Shown here in pieces: positions 24,016 through 36,250 of a stretch of DNA of 64,000 nt. Position numbers and translations under genes: made by a program. A model generated the notes under the pieces. That model was not told the DNA's origin and did no database searches. It saw only the letters and a list, made by a program, of their open reading frames with translations. Source of the DNA: Callorhinchus milii (taxonomy: Eukaryota); assembly GCF_018977255.1 (NCBI RefSeq), contig NW_024704743.1:88972001-89036000 (forward strand). The letters are read 5' to 3'. How positions within the stretch are numbered: position 1 is the stretch's first letter; the number at the start of each line of letters is the position of its first letter.

Positions 24016-26727
24016 GTATTGGAGTGGAACATATATCTAGATATTGAGATAACATCACTTAAAGAAAAAGGGGAAAGAGTAGGAGTGTGGAATTAGATAG
24101 ATAGCTCAAGTGAGACCGCTAACATCAGCATAGATGGGATGTCATCTGTGTTGTAAAATTTCTGTGATTCAATGAATGAATCAATATTTCTTTCATCTTT
24201 ATTATAGCTCAATTTGTGTCAAAGTATTCTAAGAATGTGACAGCAACATTTTGAGAAATAAGATGAACACACCCTTCTCTGACGTAATTTGGATGCCGGT
24301 TTTCCACAGATGCTTCTCCGATCACACTGAACTTTATGACCCAAAAGGAAATGAAGTCTAAATTTGAGAGCTTTCCAAAATTCTGCACAATTTTAAATGT
24401 TAATGCTAAGACTATGAAAACTGCTCAGCATCCAAGGCCCTAAATCTCGACTTAGAAGACTTCTGTCATAAAATTTAAGTTTGAACAATATTATGGATCA
24501 TTCTTAAAATCAGGCTTAATTTGGAAATCCATTTTTTAAACAAAGAAAAGAACTGAAAAACTGGCTTCCAGATTCAGACTGAATTTAAGAGTTTTCCACA
24601 TGCTGAATTTTAAGTCTTACAGACTATTACTATAAAAAAATTATTGACCTTTGATGCTGGTTGTGTGTCGAAATATTACTCTTCTAGCAATCCTTTGCCT
24701 AGTTTCAGTTCCTTTTATTCCAATGAACCACATGTCTGGCCCAGACTATATATAGTTACTGGCTGCTGATTGAGCTTTGTGGGCTTTAGAATTTCTATAA
24801 AAATCCTTTTCTTTTTTGCTGTAAAATGTGTTCCAGTGAAGTAACTTCAGCATTACTTCTTCTCCACATACTGTAGAACTTTTTTTAAAACAATCGTTTT
24901 AAGCCAAAAATAAAATGGATATTTTAACTGAACACCTATTATCAATAGATTAAAAACACAAATAAGAAAGTAATTACAAAAACTGGAGGGTAAAAGTATA
25001 TAAAAAAGTCTAAACAAATCTTTATTTCAAGTACAACATATTTTATTGACCATTTGAAAGGTTTGAATTGTCAGCACTTGTATGGGAACTGCGAGTTTTT
25101 ACATGTGACTGTAATGTTCCATCTGTAATGTTCAAATGAAACTGATCATTCACTCCATGTTTGTAAGTACTTCATTCCTGTGCTTATTATTTGGAGGAGG
25201 AGATGACCCTTTATCCACTGGACCAATATAGTAGTGTTATAAAAACATACATAAAATCATTCTATGTTCCAATAACACTTTTCTTGACAAATGCTCCATC
25301 ACTTGAACCAATTTTGCTCTGAACTACATTGATCTCCATTATAAGGGTTGTTTGAGGAATCCACCTCATATCCAGGTTATATGTACTGAAGGCTTCCAAT
25401 CACAAGGTTTTCAAATGCTTTTGAAACAGCAAATAACATGTTCCTGAACCACTGCTGTAATGTGTTCCAATGAAGTAACTTCCAGAATTACTTCTTCTTT
25501 CATTTTCACGCATCTTCTCCTAAAGAACAGTGGAAGCAGTTTTTAACCCTTCAAGGACTATGGTGCATTTCCACAGCAAACTTCAAATAGTTTGGAAAGC
25601 TTCAGTTAATTGAAAGAATGCGGCAAACAGAACCATATAGAATTAATATTTATCTTGTTTTGTGCTTTTCAACTTTGAAATACTATTTCATTCTGCAATC
25701 AAAGCACAATACTTTAAGTAGAATTTAATTTCCCATCTTGTTCATTTGTAGTGTCGCTGACATGATAAGGAGTGTTTGTTGATGAGCAAGTTCTTGTTGT
25801 TTCACTCTGGTTTTAGCACCACATTTTCCTATAAGCTGAAAGAGCTGTTCAATCTAGTTCATGGATATCTCTATAACTAACACCCATCCTGTGTGTGGTT
25901 GATGCATATGGAATTGTTATTCAGTAACAATATAAAAAATGTTTGCATTTGATAAAGTACCTCATCAATCTCTAAGATCCTAAAGTGCTTTGCACACATG
26001 CAGCAGTAAATCTGCACCAACCGCATTCGACAAACAACCAATCTGTTGAATGGTTAATTTCCTTTTGATGAGGGAGAAAAACTTCTGATTTTTTTTCAAC
26101 TAATGCCATGGGATCTTTTGTATCAGCCTGAACCACCAGATTCGATCTTATTTGTTTTAAACTGAAGGACATACCTCCAACACGGCATTGTCAACCCAAA
26201 GCAGGATATCAATTCTTGTGGCAAGGCTGAAACCCACAACCTTGTGACCCAGATTCCCACCAACTGAGCAAGACAAGTTCTGTTTCGATTAAGGCTTTCT
26301 GCCAAGGTTATTTCTGTCGTCTGAGATCTTCCAACATTTAAAAATTCGAGAACATAAGACGAGCAATTCCATTTGGGTCTAGATTTACTCTATGTGGGAT
26401 TTTGGAATGCCTAGAATTTGGGAAAATTTTAAATAAAGCCTTAATTTTTAAACTATTTTTCTGGAAGTCCTTCTTCGAACTACAGAAAACTGATTTCATA
26501 GTTGAAACTGAGTTGCACAAATTGAAAAATGATGGTCCCTGTAAAATTCTACATAAACAGAGTAAATGGCCTACAAAGACACAGTCACTATACTTAACAA
26601 TAAATCTGTGAAGAGTTTTCAGATGTCCTCTCGACATGAAAGGTGCTATATCAAATTTAAAGATTTTTTAAAAATCTTGACTTGGATGGAATTTCCACCA
26701 CAACATCAGTGATTTCGGCCTCAACAG

Positions 26728-27210
26728 ACAACAACAACAACAAAATTACATTTCACATCGGGAGAATGTCCCAAGGCGCTGGACAGACAGAGTTTCGGAC
26801 CCGAGCTGGGGGTTGGGGAGGGTGGAGGGGGGGAGGGGGTAATGCATGGAGATCGAAAGCAGAGTCAAAGAGGAGAGATTTGAGATGGGTCTTGAAGGAG
26901 GCAAGAGAGGGAGGGAGGCAGAGGGATTGTGGGGAAGAGTTCTAGAGGGTGGGGGCAGAAGGCCCACCCGCCAATAGTGGGGCGAGCGAGGCGGGGAACG
27001 TGAAACAAGCTGGAGCCCGCTGAGTGGAGGGAGCGAGCAGGATGATAGGTGGTTAGAAGGTCGCAGAGGTAGGTGGGGAATAAGACCATGGAGGGCTTTG
27101 AAGGTCAGGACCAGGATCTTGAACTGTATCCTCTGTGTGATGGGAAGCCTGTGGAGTTGGGTGAGGATGGGGGTGATAGGGTCACGGAGCCTACTGTGGG
27201 AGAGGACACC
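26728..27210 (-). mobile_element. L2 3' fragment
   Basis: (CAA)n tail on the plus strand; PTYLCDLL..PTIGG motifs on the minus strand. Confidence 0.88.
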
Positions 27211-27354
27211 TATGTAAAAAAAAACCTTACAACTGCCAAGGGAGGGTATTTGGAAAATAAGTATAACATTTTAATAGTTTATTATAATTAAAAAAATAAA
27301 TAGAAAATAATTAAACATTGAGAATTTTGTGAAACTTTTTTAAAATTTAGTATG

Positions 27355-29696
27355 AAAAGAGAATTTGAAACACTTTAATTAAAAATAAATTAGCGCTAAA
27401 TGCAAACAAAATACAATATACTCTATTTCCTAAAAAATTTTTTACACAGTGCAAATATGGAGGGCTGGGCTTCTCCTATTTAAAAAAACCCATCATAATA
27501 GCAAACCCCTTCACTGAAAAAACTTCATAGAATTTTAAAGTAAATTCTGGTTTAAAAACTATATTTATTACATTTCTCTTGTACAAATTCATCTTACACG
27601 GATGGACCATTTCACATCTGTACATTTTGATGAACTGAATGAGATCAAACGTGCATTACTAAGCATCAGACATTTCCAAGAATCACTTTTAAGTAAAAAA
27701 AAAACCAGATTTCACAACAGTCTGCTTACAGCATACAGCTGTACAGCTATACAGCATACAGCATACATATAAGGCAGTCAGCTAGATGTGCATTTTTTAG
27801 TAATTTTTCTTAAAATGTATTGGGCAACTCCTATGTAAAAAAAATATTTCCTACTGTTTGGTTTTGCATTCACTGAATGAATGGTAAATGTCGGATCTGT
27901 CATCAAATCAAAATGATGCTTAAGTCCTGTGCTTCTTATATGTTCCTATACAATCTCAAGGCAACCTACCTCTGAAATCATGACCTGTTATCAAATCGTG
28001 CAACCTGGAAGATCGTATCACACTTCGCTTATAACCTCCTCTGAGCTATTGCTGACCCAGAGGACAATGAGAAGGTATGCTGCTTCTATAGGGGAGCCTA
28101 TTATAAGGCAGTCAACAATAAATGCAAGGATTTATTGTTGACTGCCTTATAATAGGCTCCCCTACAGAATTTGACTCATTCTTCTTCATGAATACAATGG
28201 CAACAACCACCTGCATTTATATAATGCTCTTCATTTAGTGTGGTGTCTTGAGGCATTTAAATATCTGCAAACAGAAAAATAAAGTGAAATTCATCTGGGA
28301 TGGCCTAACCTTCATATGAGCACCTATAGAGGATAGGTATTTCCTAGCTTCTGTTCACTCTATATTAAGTGTTAATATAGAAAGTAACATCTTCTAAACT
28401 ATGGCTGGGATTAAAATATTGTGGGTTCATGTTAAATAATAAACGAAAGTCTGAACTATTTGTACAAAATCAACATACATCAAAAATATAAAACGACACA
28501 ATTACGATAAACCAATAAGTAAGTGCCGTGGTTTACTTTGGATAACTAAATTCAACAAAGAAAATTGCCGACAAACTAAACAGTGAAGAGGAGAAGCTGC
28601 AGTAACATATGGCTCAGACAGCTGGGACTTCATCTCATTGGATCAACAAGGTCCAGTACTGCAGTCTTTACAAAACACTGTCTAACAGCCAAAAAATAAT
28701 TCTGTTTAAAAACACCAGCCTCTTAAGGAATTCCACTAACTTATAAATACAATTGTGTAAAGACTTCCACTTCAGGCATTGCATACTGTAGATCTAGACC
28801 AGCAATATTTCCCACACGTAGGAACACAACAGGAATTTTAGACAAAGGACAAACAATCAACCTTTTAAATAATATAGCAATCCTAACACTAAGATTATAA
28901 ACCAACTGTAATTGTACCTGTTACCAGCTTATTTAGGAACATATTTGGCTGATGGTCTCATACTCAATAGAGAATGGTCTCTATCCACTAAGGCAAAGAA
29001 TGCAGGCTGAAAATTACATTTTCAGAATATCTTATCCTTTTTCTTCCTTTCACATCTCAACTGCAAATGCTTTCATATCCTTCTCCAGCTATGAAGAGAA
29101 ACCAACCTCAGACTGTAATTGAAGTCAAGTGTCAATGTCTATGCTCAAACCACAGAGCTCATTGAGAAGATAATTCTTGGTCACCACACCATCTCCCTGC
29201 AATGTCTCACACTCAGCTTCGCAGAAGTATCCAATCTATCAGCCTTGCAAAGAATTTATCTGTGGCTAATGGACATTAAGCAAAAATCCCCCAGAATGAG
29301 AGGAAGCAAGGTTGAATGTCCATGTCCATGGTTGAATGGGCAGGGTCTTACACAATTTCTGTCCGCAAGATAAAAAAAACTCCATTATTTTTATTTGAAG
29401 CATCCAATGTTATATCAACACTGTTCATTACCTGCAATTTGCAGCACAAGGACAGTGTAAGATCAGAAAGCCCAGAGACCAGGGCAGGCCAGCAGTAGAC
29501 TTCTCTGAAATATAACAGATATGCAAGATATTTCAAAACTCCACTGAACTGTAACAGAACTGAAAACATTAGCTGTAGATCCCGATATGGAATTATTAAA
29601 CTTTGTAACTCCTCATAGTTTAAAGTTGCTGAAAAGAGAGTCATTTATCTCCAAAAGTCATGGAGATAAAATCTAATTAAAACAAGTCAGTCCTTG
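27355..29696 (-). other. RIPK2: Probable RIPK2 3' UTR; end uncertain
   Basis: AT-rich, repeat-poor sequence after the stop. Candidate minus-strand poly(A) signals near 29390 (AATAAA), 28131 (AATAAA) and 27376 (ATTAAA). Confidence 0.45.
28084..28169. repeat. Inverted repeat / hairpin with 40-bp arms (1 mismatch) and a 6-nt loop
   Basis: ttctataggggagcctattataaggcagtcaacaataaat-gcaagg-atttattgttgactgccttataataggctcccctacagaa. Confidence 0.97.
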
Positions 29697-30043
29697 TCAC
29701 TTGTATTTGAGATTTGTTGATGAAAAGCTCCCAGAAGCGACTGGAGAAGGCACAGCAGACAAATCTGGAAAAGGCTGCAGACCCATCTGTCTATTATCCT
29801 TTAACTTTTGAACAATAACTTTGGCAAAATCTTCTCCCTGGTTGTCACAGGTGTCGAGTAGCTTTCGGACTTTAGCTGTCCTTGTGGGTTTAGTAGCTAT
29901 AAGCTCGTAGTCCTCTCGCATTATTAGATCTCGGGCGATCAGGCCATCCAGGGATTGATTGAGACACGCCTCCGTCATCTGACTGACAATGTCCTCTCTT
30001 TTATTCTGAATCCACTGTTGAGCCACCCCTTGGAAGATAAACT
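29697..30043 (-). CDS. RIPK2: RIPK2 last coding exon (CARD domain and stop)
   Basis: (E)[92 protein letters not shown]...KYK*. Clear RIPK2 CARD; TTGCCAG acceptor; TGA at 29697-99. Confidence 0.97.
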
Positions 30044-31235
30044 CTGGCAAGAGAACAGCACATAATATTTGAATTTATAAATAAGCCCAGTTAAAAGCAG
30101 CAGGAACAGCAATGGCAACATAGTGAAAAGGTGGTGTAAATCCTGGTTAAACTGCATGTTATTATAATTAGATACTATTATATAAATGCAAATCATGCCA
30201 GAGCTTTGCTGCTGAGATTACACAGTGGTTTTGGTAGGATTCCAATGTACTGCACTGCACTGTTAATGTGACTGTTGTGAACGCCTGCTGGCTCCACTCC
30301 CAGATGGTCTGTTAAATGTTCTCGAATGGCCTAATGCTCATGCCAGCTCCTTAATAAACTTGATTTTGGAGTTGTACGGATGCATTTATTTGCACTTTCA
30401 TGGCATTTTGATACAGGTTGTTTTCTTTAACCTCCTCAAGCCAATAAAATATGGAAACAGACAGTATAAACCCAGCTCTGCACTGCTCTGCTGTTGGAAG
30501 TTTGATTCATTTCCAGAAGTAAAAATAGGCCATGAAAAGCCTCGTGTTGCTTCAGCATAAATTGAAACATTGGTCAGGATTTAAAGAAGCCTTAACTTTG
30601 ACTGGCGCAGATCCCTCAACAGAATGAAATTTGAATAATAATAATTCGTACACTAGCTTTCACATTGGGAGATTGACCCAAATTGCTTCATAGTAATACA
30701 CTATAAAGTGCAATGATTGTAGGTGAATATGGCAGCCAGTTTGAACACAGCAATGTCCTACAAACAGCCATGAAGTAAATGACCAATTTTATTTTCATTT
30801 GTGACTCACTTTCAATCCATTATTTGTTTGAATTGATTCTCTTGCTACAGTCCTCAGTAGAGGCAGAATGAATTAAGTTGCTTTAATAGGAAATAGATCG
30901 ACATTTATGGAACTGAGCATATTAAGAAGTAAAGAGAAAAGACAGTAGACAATGGGATATTTTGCTTTGGTCAGTCTGATACATGGAGGAACTTATCACC
31001 ATACTTAAGAATACCCAAACCAGACTGAGTTCCAAATATTTATATAACCTACACATGGAAGTTTCCCTAGATCTGGAATGGAGGGATGCTCCCTGCTTAC
31101 CAAATTCCAGAGAATATTCGGCACAGGTTATCAAAAGCCATGGGTTGGATCATAAAGTCTGGAATCTATTTCTCAATTCCAACTGGGAAATAATTTTCCC
31201 TTTCAATAATAAATTACATCAAATTCCTTACTCAC

Positions 31236-31445
31236 CAGTCAAAGAGGGCTGAAGGATAAATTCCCCTGGTCCAGAATCAGGTTCACTTTCAGGAACTCCT
31301 TTACCAGGCTTACAGAAACTGTTGGATTGATATTCAGCAGAACGGCGATGCAGGTTATCTTCAAGACTGAATTCAATTGACGATATTCTGTTTAACTCTT
31401 CACATTGAGGTTTCAAACTTGATAGAAAATTAGGATTTGCGATAT
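31236..31445 (-). CDS. RIPK2: RIPK2 linker exon (210 nt)
   Basis: (D)IANPNFLSSLKPQCEELNRISSIEFSLEDNLHRRSAEYQSNSFCKPGKGVPESEPDSGPGEFILQPSLT. TCTCCATAG acceptor and G|GTGAGT donor; phase 1-1; open frame. Confidence 0.78.
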
Positions 31446-31984
31446 CTATGGAGAGATATAACAACACGGAGCACTTTAATGTACAGGTTGTATGTGAAGG
31501 GCAACATGCAGCAACACTTATTGTACAAGTAAAACAGCAAATTCCCATAGAAACATCTAGCAACTCATTTGGACCTGCCATCCTTGAACAGGATATGGGA
31601 TTCATTAAAAGAAACAATTTGATGCTGTAAGCATACGAAGGAAGACTGCTGAGTAGGCACTCTGGAAAGATGAGCTATGTATCTTTACTTCTCTATCCCT
31701 GTAAAGCTCTCTGAGACATTATGCTATGTGAAGGACACTTTATGAATGCAAGCTGTTGTTGATGTCTTATGATCATGATGTCTAAAATGTTTTCTGTAAT
31801 GATAGATTTGTATTGTGCAAATTCAAAGGATCTGGTTGGATGGGATGAAGAAGGCCCTTTGGCCCATTTCATCTCTTACTTTCAGAACTCCCACTGTCTT
31901 GTACTATACTGACTTCTCATCACAGAATCAAGCTAATTTGATCTGCATAAAACCATTGAGCATGTTTTATATTCAGTTTATACT

Positions 31985-32835
31985 AACATAACATGTAGGA
32001 GCAGGAGTAGGCCATTCGGCCCTTCGAGCCTGCCCCGCCATTCAATCATGGCTGATCTTCCAATCTAACTCCAACTAATAACCTAACCCTGTCTTATCCC
32101 CATATTCCTTAATCCCTTTTGCAATAAGAAATATATCTATCTCAGTCTTGAATATGTTCAAGGACTGAGCGTCAACAGCCCTTTGGGGTAGTGAGTTCCA
32201 TACATTCACTACCCTTTGAGTGAAGGAAGTTCTTCCTCAACTCAGCGCGAAAGGGCTGGCCTCTGATTTTAAGGTTGTGACCCCTGGTTTTAGTTTCTCC
32301 AACCAGGGGAAACAATCTCCCACTATCTACTCTATCATGCCCTTTGATGATCTTATAGGTTTCTATAAGATCCCCTTTAATTCTTGTATATTCTAGAGAA
32401 TATAGGCCCAAATTGGTCAGCCTATCCTCGTAACTCACCCCTTCATCCCTGGTACTAACCTAGTAAATCTACGCTGCACCCCCTCCAAGGCAAGTACGTC
32501 CTTCCTTAAATAAGGAGACCAAAACTGCACACAGTATTCCAGGTGTGGTCTCATAGGGCTCTATACAGTTGCAGCAAGACGTCCCTACTCTTATACTTTA
32601 ATCCTTTCATAATGAATGCTAACATACCGTTTGCCTTCCTAATTTCTTGCTGCACCTGCAGACTAACTTTCTGTGATTGGTGTACAAGGACACCCAAGTC
32701 CCTCTGGACGCTAACACATTCCAATCTCTCCCCTTCTAAAAAAAATAACCAGCTCTACTGTTTTTGCTACCTCGGTGGATGACTTTGCACTTCCCTACAT
32801 TATACTTCATTTGCCACCTACCTGCTCAATCACCT
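31985..32835 (-). mobile_element. CR1 LINE 3' part (same subfamily as 45895-47960)
   Basis: [36 protein letters not shown]; 3' end near-identical to the 47.9 kb copy. Confidence 0.95.
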
Positions 32836-33781
32836 GTTGATAACAAAATAACTTACAGCAACAAAGCAATAATGTTATTTTTATACTGACCGTTTACAGA
32901 ATGAAAAGAACAGTATACAGTAAAACTCTCATAAGTCGTATCAGTTGGGACCATAACATTTAATATGATTTACGAGAAGTCCAAGATGCAGGCAAACTGT
33001 AGAAGTCGTAGAAAATCCGATTTAATCAATAATCTACAATGTGCATGCGTAATTTAATGCAGCCTGTAACTGCGCATGAGGTAGTTCGTCACTGCAACTG
33101 GTAAGCACGCATGCGGTGACGGGTTAAGATTATTTTTCTCACGATTCAGTGCATCCTCACTCATCACCGCAAGTGCACGTACTAACAAACTTTAGAATCG
33201 CGATAAATGAAGTTCTTCTGTGCATGGGTTGATGGATGAAGACTATGTTTCCTGCGATTCAAGGCCTCCAATAAGCGTGGGAGTAATGGAGGGTTGGGGA
33301 GGGGTATTATGAATTAGAAGTCAAGTAATACAAGTGGTGCAAAGAAATCTAAGTGGTTTTAATAATAATAATCCTTCCATTTGATATAGCGCTTTTCACA
33401 TCTTCTAGACGTTTCAAAACGCTTCACAAAATATGCTGTAAAGTGAATTGGCCGTATATTTGTGGACGAAACACAGCTGTACTGTTAAACCTGCAAGCCA
33501 ATATATGTATACTAAATTTTTATTCCTTGCCCCAACCAATGTAAAATTTATTGGGCATATCAAACTCAGCCATGCACAGAGCCCCAATAACTGGTGGTTT
33601 TGACCTTAGAAGACTCATGAGGAGCAGATGCTGAACGATTTGCAAAGCCTGAATTTATACTGCAGTTGTACAAATCAATCAATAATACTTCCCTCAGATA
33701 GATCTGACAATCAGGCTCCAGAAAGATTTGTTTTCACATTGTGCTGCTTATCGCCAATTTATACTGCACTTTTTTGGGGGC

Positions 33782-34122
33782 CAGCCGGGTGTCTGACATG
33801 TGTGGACACGCATACCATGCTCGAGAATATCCAAACTAGGACTGAGAGTTCTTGTGTCTGCCATCTATATATAGAAATTCCCATGTTTTGGAATGGTATG
33901 CACACTCTCTCCATGGAGAGACGCATCTTGCTTACCTAATTCTGGAGAGGATTAGGTTGACAAGAGTCAAGGCTTGAGGACCTCAGAGTGTACATTAGGG
34001 TACTGCTGGGACCTAACCAGCCAAAACTACATAGCTTGCCATTGAAAAAACTGTCTGGCAAGCTTTCCCGCTGCTTGTCCAGCTAGGACCACCCTACCAG
34101 TTACAGCCTTGGCTTGCAGGTT
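33782..34122 (+). mobile_element. Second copy (left end and internal part) of the inverted-terminus element
   Basis: Starts cagccgggtgtctgac and is colinear with 10623-10922; truncated at the SINE dimer. Confidence 0.82.
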
Positions 34123-34674
34123 TAATAATAATCCTTGCATTTGATATAGCGCTTTTCACGTCGGGAGGACGTCACAAAGCGCTTCACAGACCACACTGTA
34201 AAGTGAATTGACTATATTTTGTGGGCGAATGTGGCAGCCAATTGCACACAGCAATGTCCCACAAACAGTCGTAGATTGAAAATGACCAATTTATGATTGT
34301 TTTGGGTTTTTGGAGGGATTATTATTAGGCATGTGGAGTAAGGAAACTTGTCCAATAATAATAATAATAATCCTTGCATTTGATATAGCGCTTTTCACAT
34401 CGGGAGGATGTCCCAAAGCGCTTCACAGAATACACTGTAAAGTGAATTGACTGTATATTTGTGAGCGAACGCGGCAGCCAATTGCGCACAGCAATGTCCC
34501 ACAAACAGTCGTAGATTGAAAATAACCAATTTATTATTGTTTTTTGTTTTGGAGGGATTATTATTAGGCGTGTGGAGTAAGGAAACTTGCCCAAGGTTTC
34601 GCCCTCTGCCTGGAATTGAACTCAGGTCTCTCGCTTGCAAAGCGAGTGCTCTAACCACTGAGCTACAGGACTCC
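34123..34674 (-). mobile_element. Head-to-tail SINE dimer (full copy 34354-34674 plus headless copy 34123-34353)
   Basis: Two directly abutting, near-identical SINE bodies, each with a (TTA)n tail. Confidence 0.93.
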
Positions 34675-35044
34675 ATAGTACATGGTTCTTTTCATTCTGA
34701 AATGCAGAATAAACTGGACATTATTCTGATCACCCTCCTTCACCCCCTGCCCTCCACCTTCCCTGATCCCAATCCCCAGCTTGGGTCCAAAACATTAACT
34801 GTCCAGCGCCTTGGGACATTCTCCAGACGTGAAAGGAGCTAAACAAATGTAATTTTGTTGTTGATACAGCAAAATGGTTCTGTTCTTTCAATTCCTTGCA
34901 CACCAAGCTGCTATATATAACTTACTACAGCTGTGCATCTGAATGTTTTACTTTAATAGTTTTACAGAACTCAGTTTTGTTGAATTACATTGAATCAACA
35001 GCAATGAAACAGTCTATTCAACCTAACCATCCTAATCGCCCTTC

Positions 35045-35993
35045 ACATGTTCACTTTGTTGCCTCTAACGGCTTCTCTTCTAGCCCCCGCACTATCACGT
35101 CTGGCGTCCCCCAGGGCTCTGTCCTTGGCCCTCTCTCTTTAATATCTACATGCTCCGCCTTGGTGACATCATCTGCAGACATGGGGTCAACTTCCACATG
35201 TATGCGGATGACACCCAACCCTATCTCTCTCTCTCCACCCTTGACTTCAGGACCACTGATGTCTTGACAGACTGCCTTTCGGACATCAAGTCCTGGATGA
35301 GGGTAAACGTCCTACAGTTGAATGTGAACAAGACTGAGGCCCTCCTGATTGGCTCGCGCCAGCGCCTCTGCACCTCAGGCTCTGGCAGCATCAACCACCA
35401 TGGTTGCACACTTCGACTCTCCAAGCCAGTCAGGAACCTAGGTGTCTTGTTCGACCCTCAACTGTCTTTTCTCCCCCACATTCAAGCCATGACAGATAAT
35501 CCAGAACTCTGTAGCCCATGCCCTCTTTTGCACCAAACTCCGTGACCCCATCTCCCCCACTCTCACCCGACTCCATTGACTCCCTATCCTTCACAGGATC
35601 CAGTTCAAGATCCTGGTCCTCACATACAAAGCCCTCCATGGCCTCGCCCCACCCTACCTCTGCGACCTCCTAACCCTCTACCAACCCGCCCTTTCCCTCC
35701 GTTCAGCCGGCTCCGGCCTGCTCCACGTCTCCTGATCCATCCGCCCCACCATTGGCGGGAGAGCCTTCAGCCAACCTCTGGAATTCCATCCCCCAGTCAC
35801 TCCGCCTCGCCCCCTCCTTAAAGTCCCACCTCAAGACCCTCCTCATCGACCATGCCATTGGCCACCCCCCTTCCCCTCCCCTCCCTTCTCCCCCCAACCC
35901 CAGCTCGGGTCTGAAATGCTGTACACTTTCCAGCACCCTGGGATGTCCTCCCGGCGTGAAAGGCGCTATACAAATGTAATCTGGTTGTTGTTG
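35045..35993 (+). mobile_element. L2 RT to 3' end, internally deleted
   Basis: [18 protein letters not shown] and [14 protein letters not shown] motifs; TTGTTG tail. Confidence 0.93.
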
Positions 35994-36138
35994 AGAACTG
36001 AAAAAAAATGAACAAACATGATTTAAAAAGTCTTCACTAATGTGTGTGATTTTCTCAATGGTGAAAAACAACTATTTTAATAAAGAAATCGCATGTGATA
36101 TATTCTAGCAATCTTCAGCGTTCTATATCTTTTTTTAC

Positions 36139-36250
36139 CTGTTGTAGGGAAAATGTTAAATTGAAGTGGCTGCTGGCTGGCCTGTGATGGCTGTGGTAAA
36201 CAGCACTCTTCCTGATGTGAGCGCAGTGATCGGGGACCCATACTCTCTAC
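36139..36250 (-). CDS. RIPK2: RIPK2 linker exon (112 nt)
   Basis: VESMGPRSLRSHQEECCLPQPSQASQQPLQFNIFPTT. TTACAG acceptor and CAG|GTAAAA donor. Phase 0-1 joins exon 7 to the next exon in frame. Low sequence conservation. Confidence 0.78.

Noticed and set aside
1..27300. OSGIN2 exons (mammalian downstream neighbour of RIPK2)
   Set aside because: No recognisable OSGIN2-like translation was found by eye.
30262..30330. Extra RIPK2 linker exon (GHSRTFNRPSGSG...)
   Set aside because: Weak acceptor, no good donor, and it runs into a stop. Protein length is already accounted for without it.
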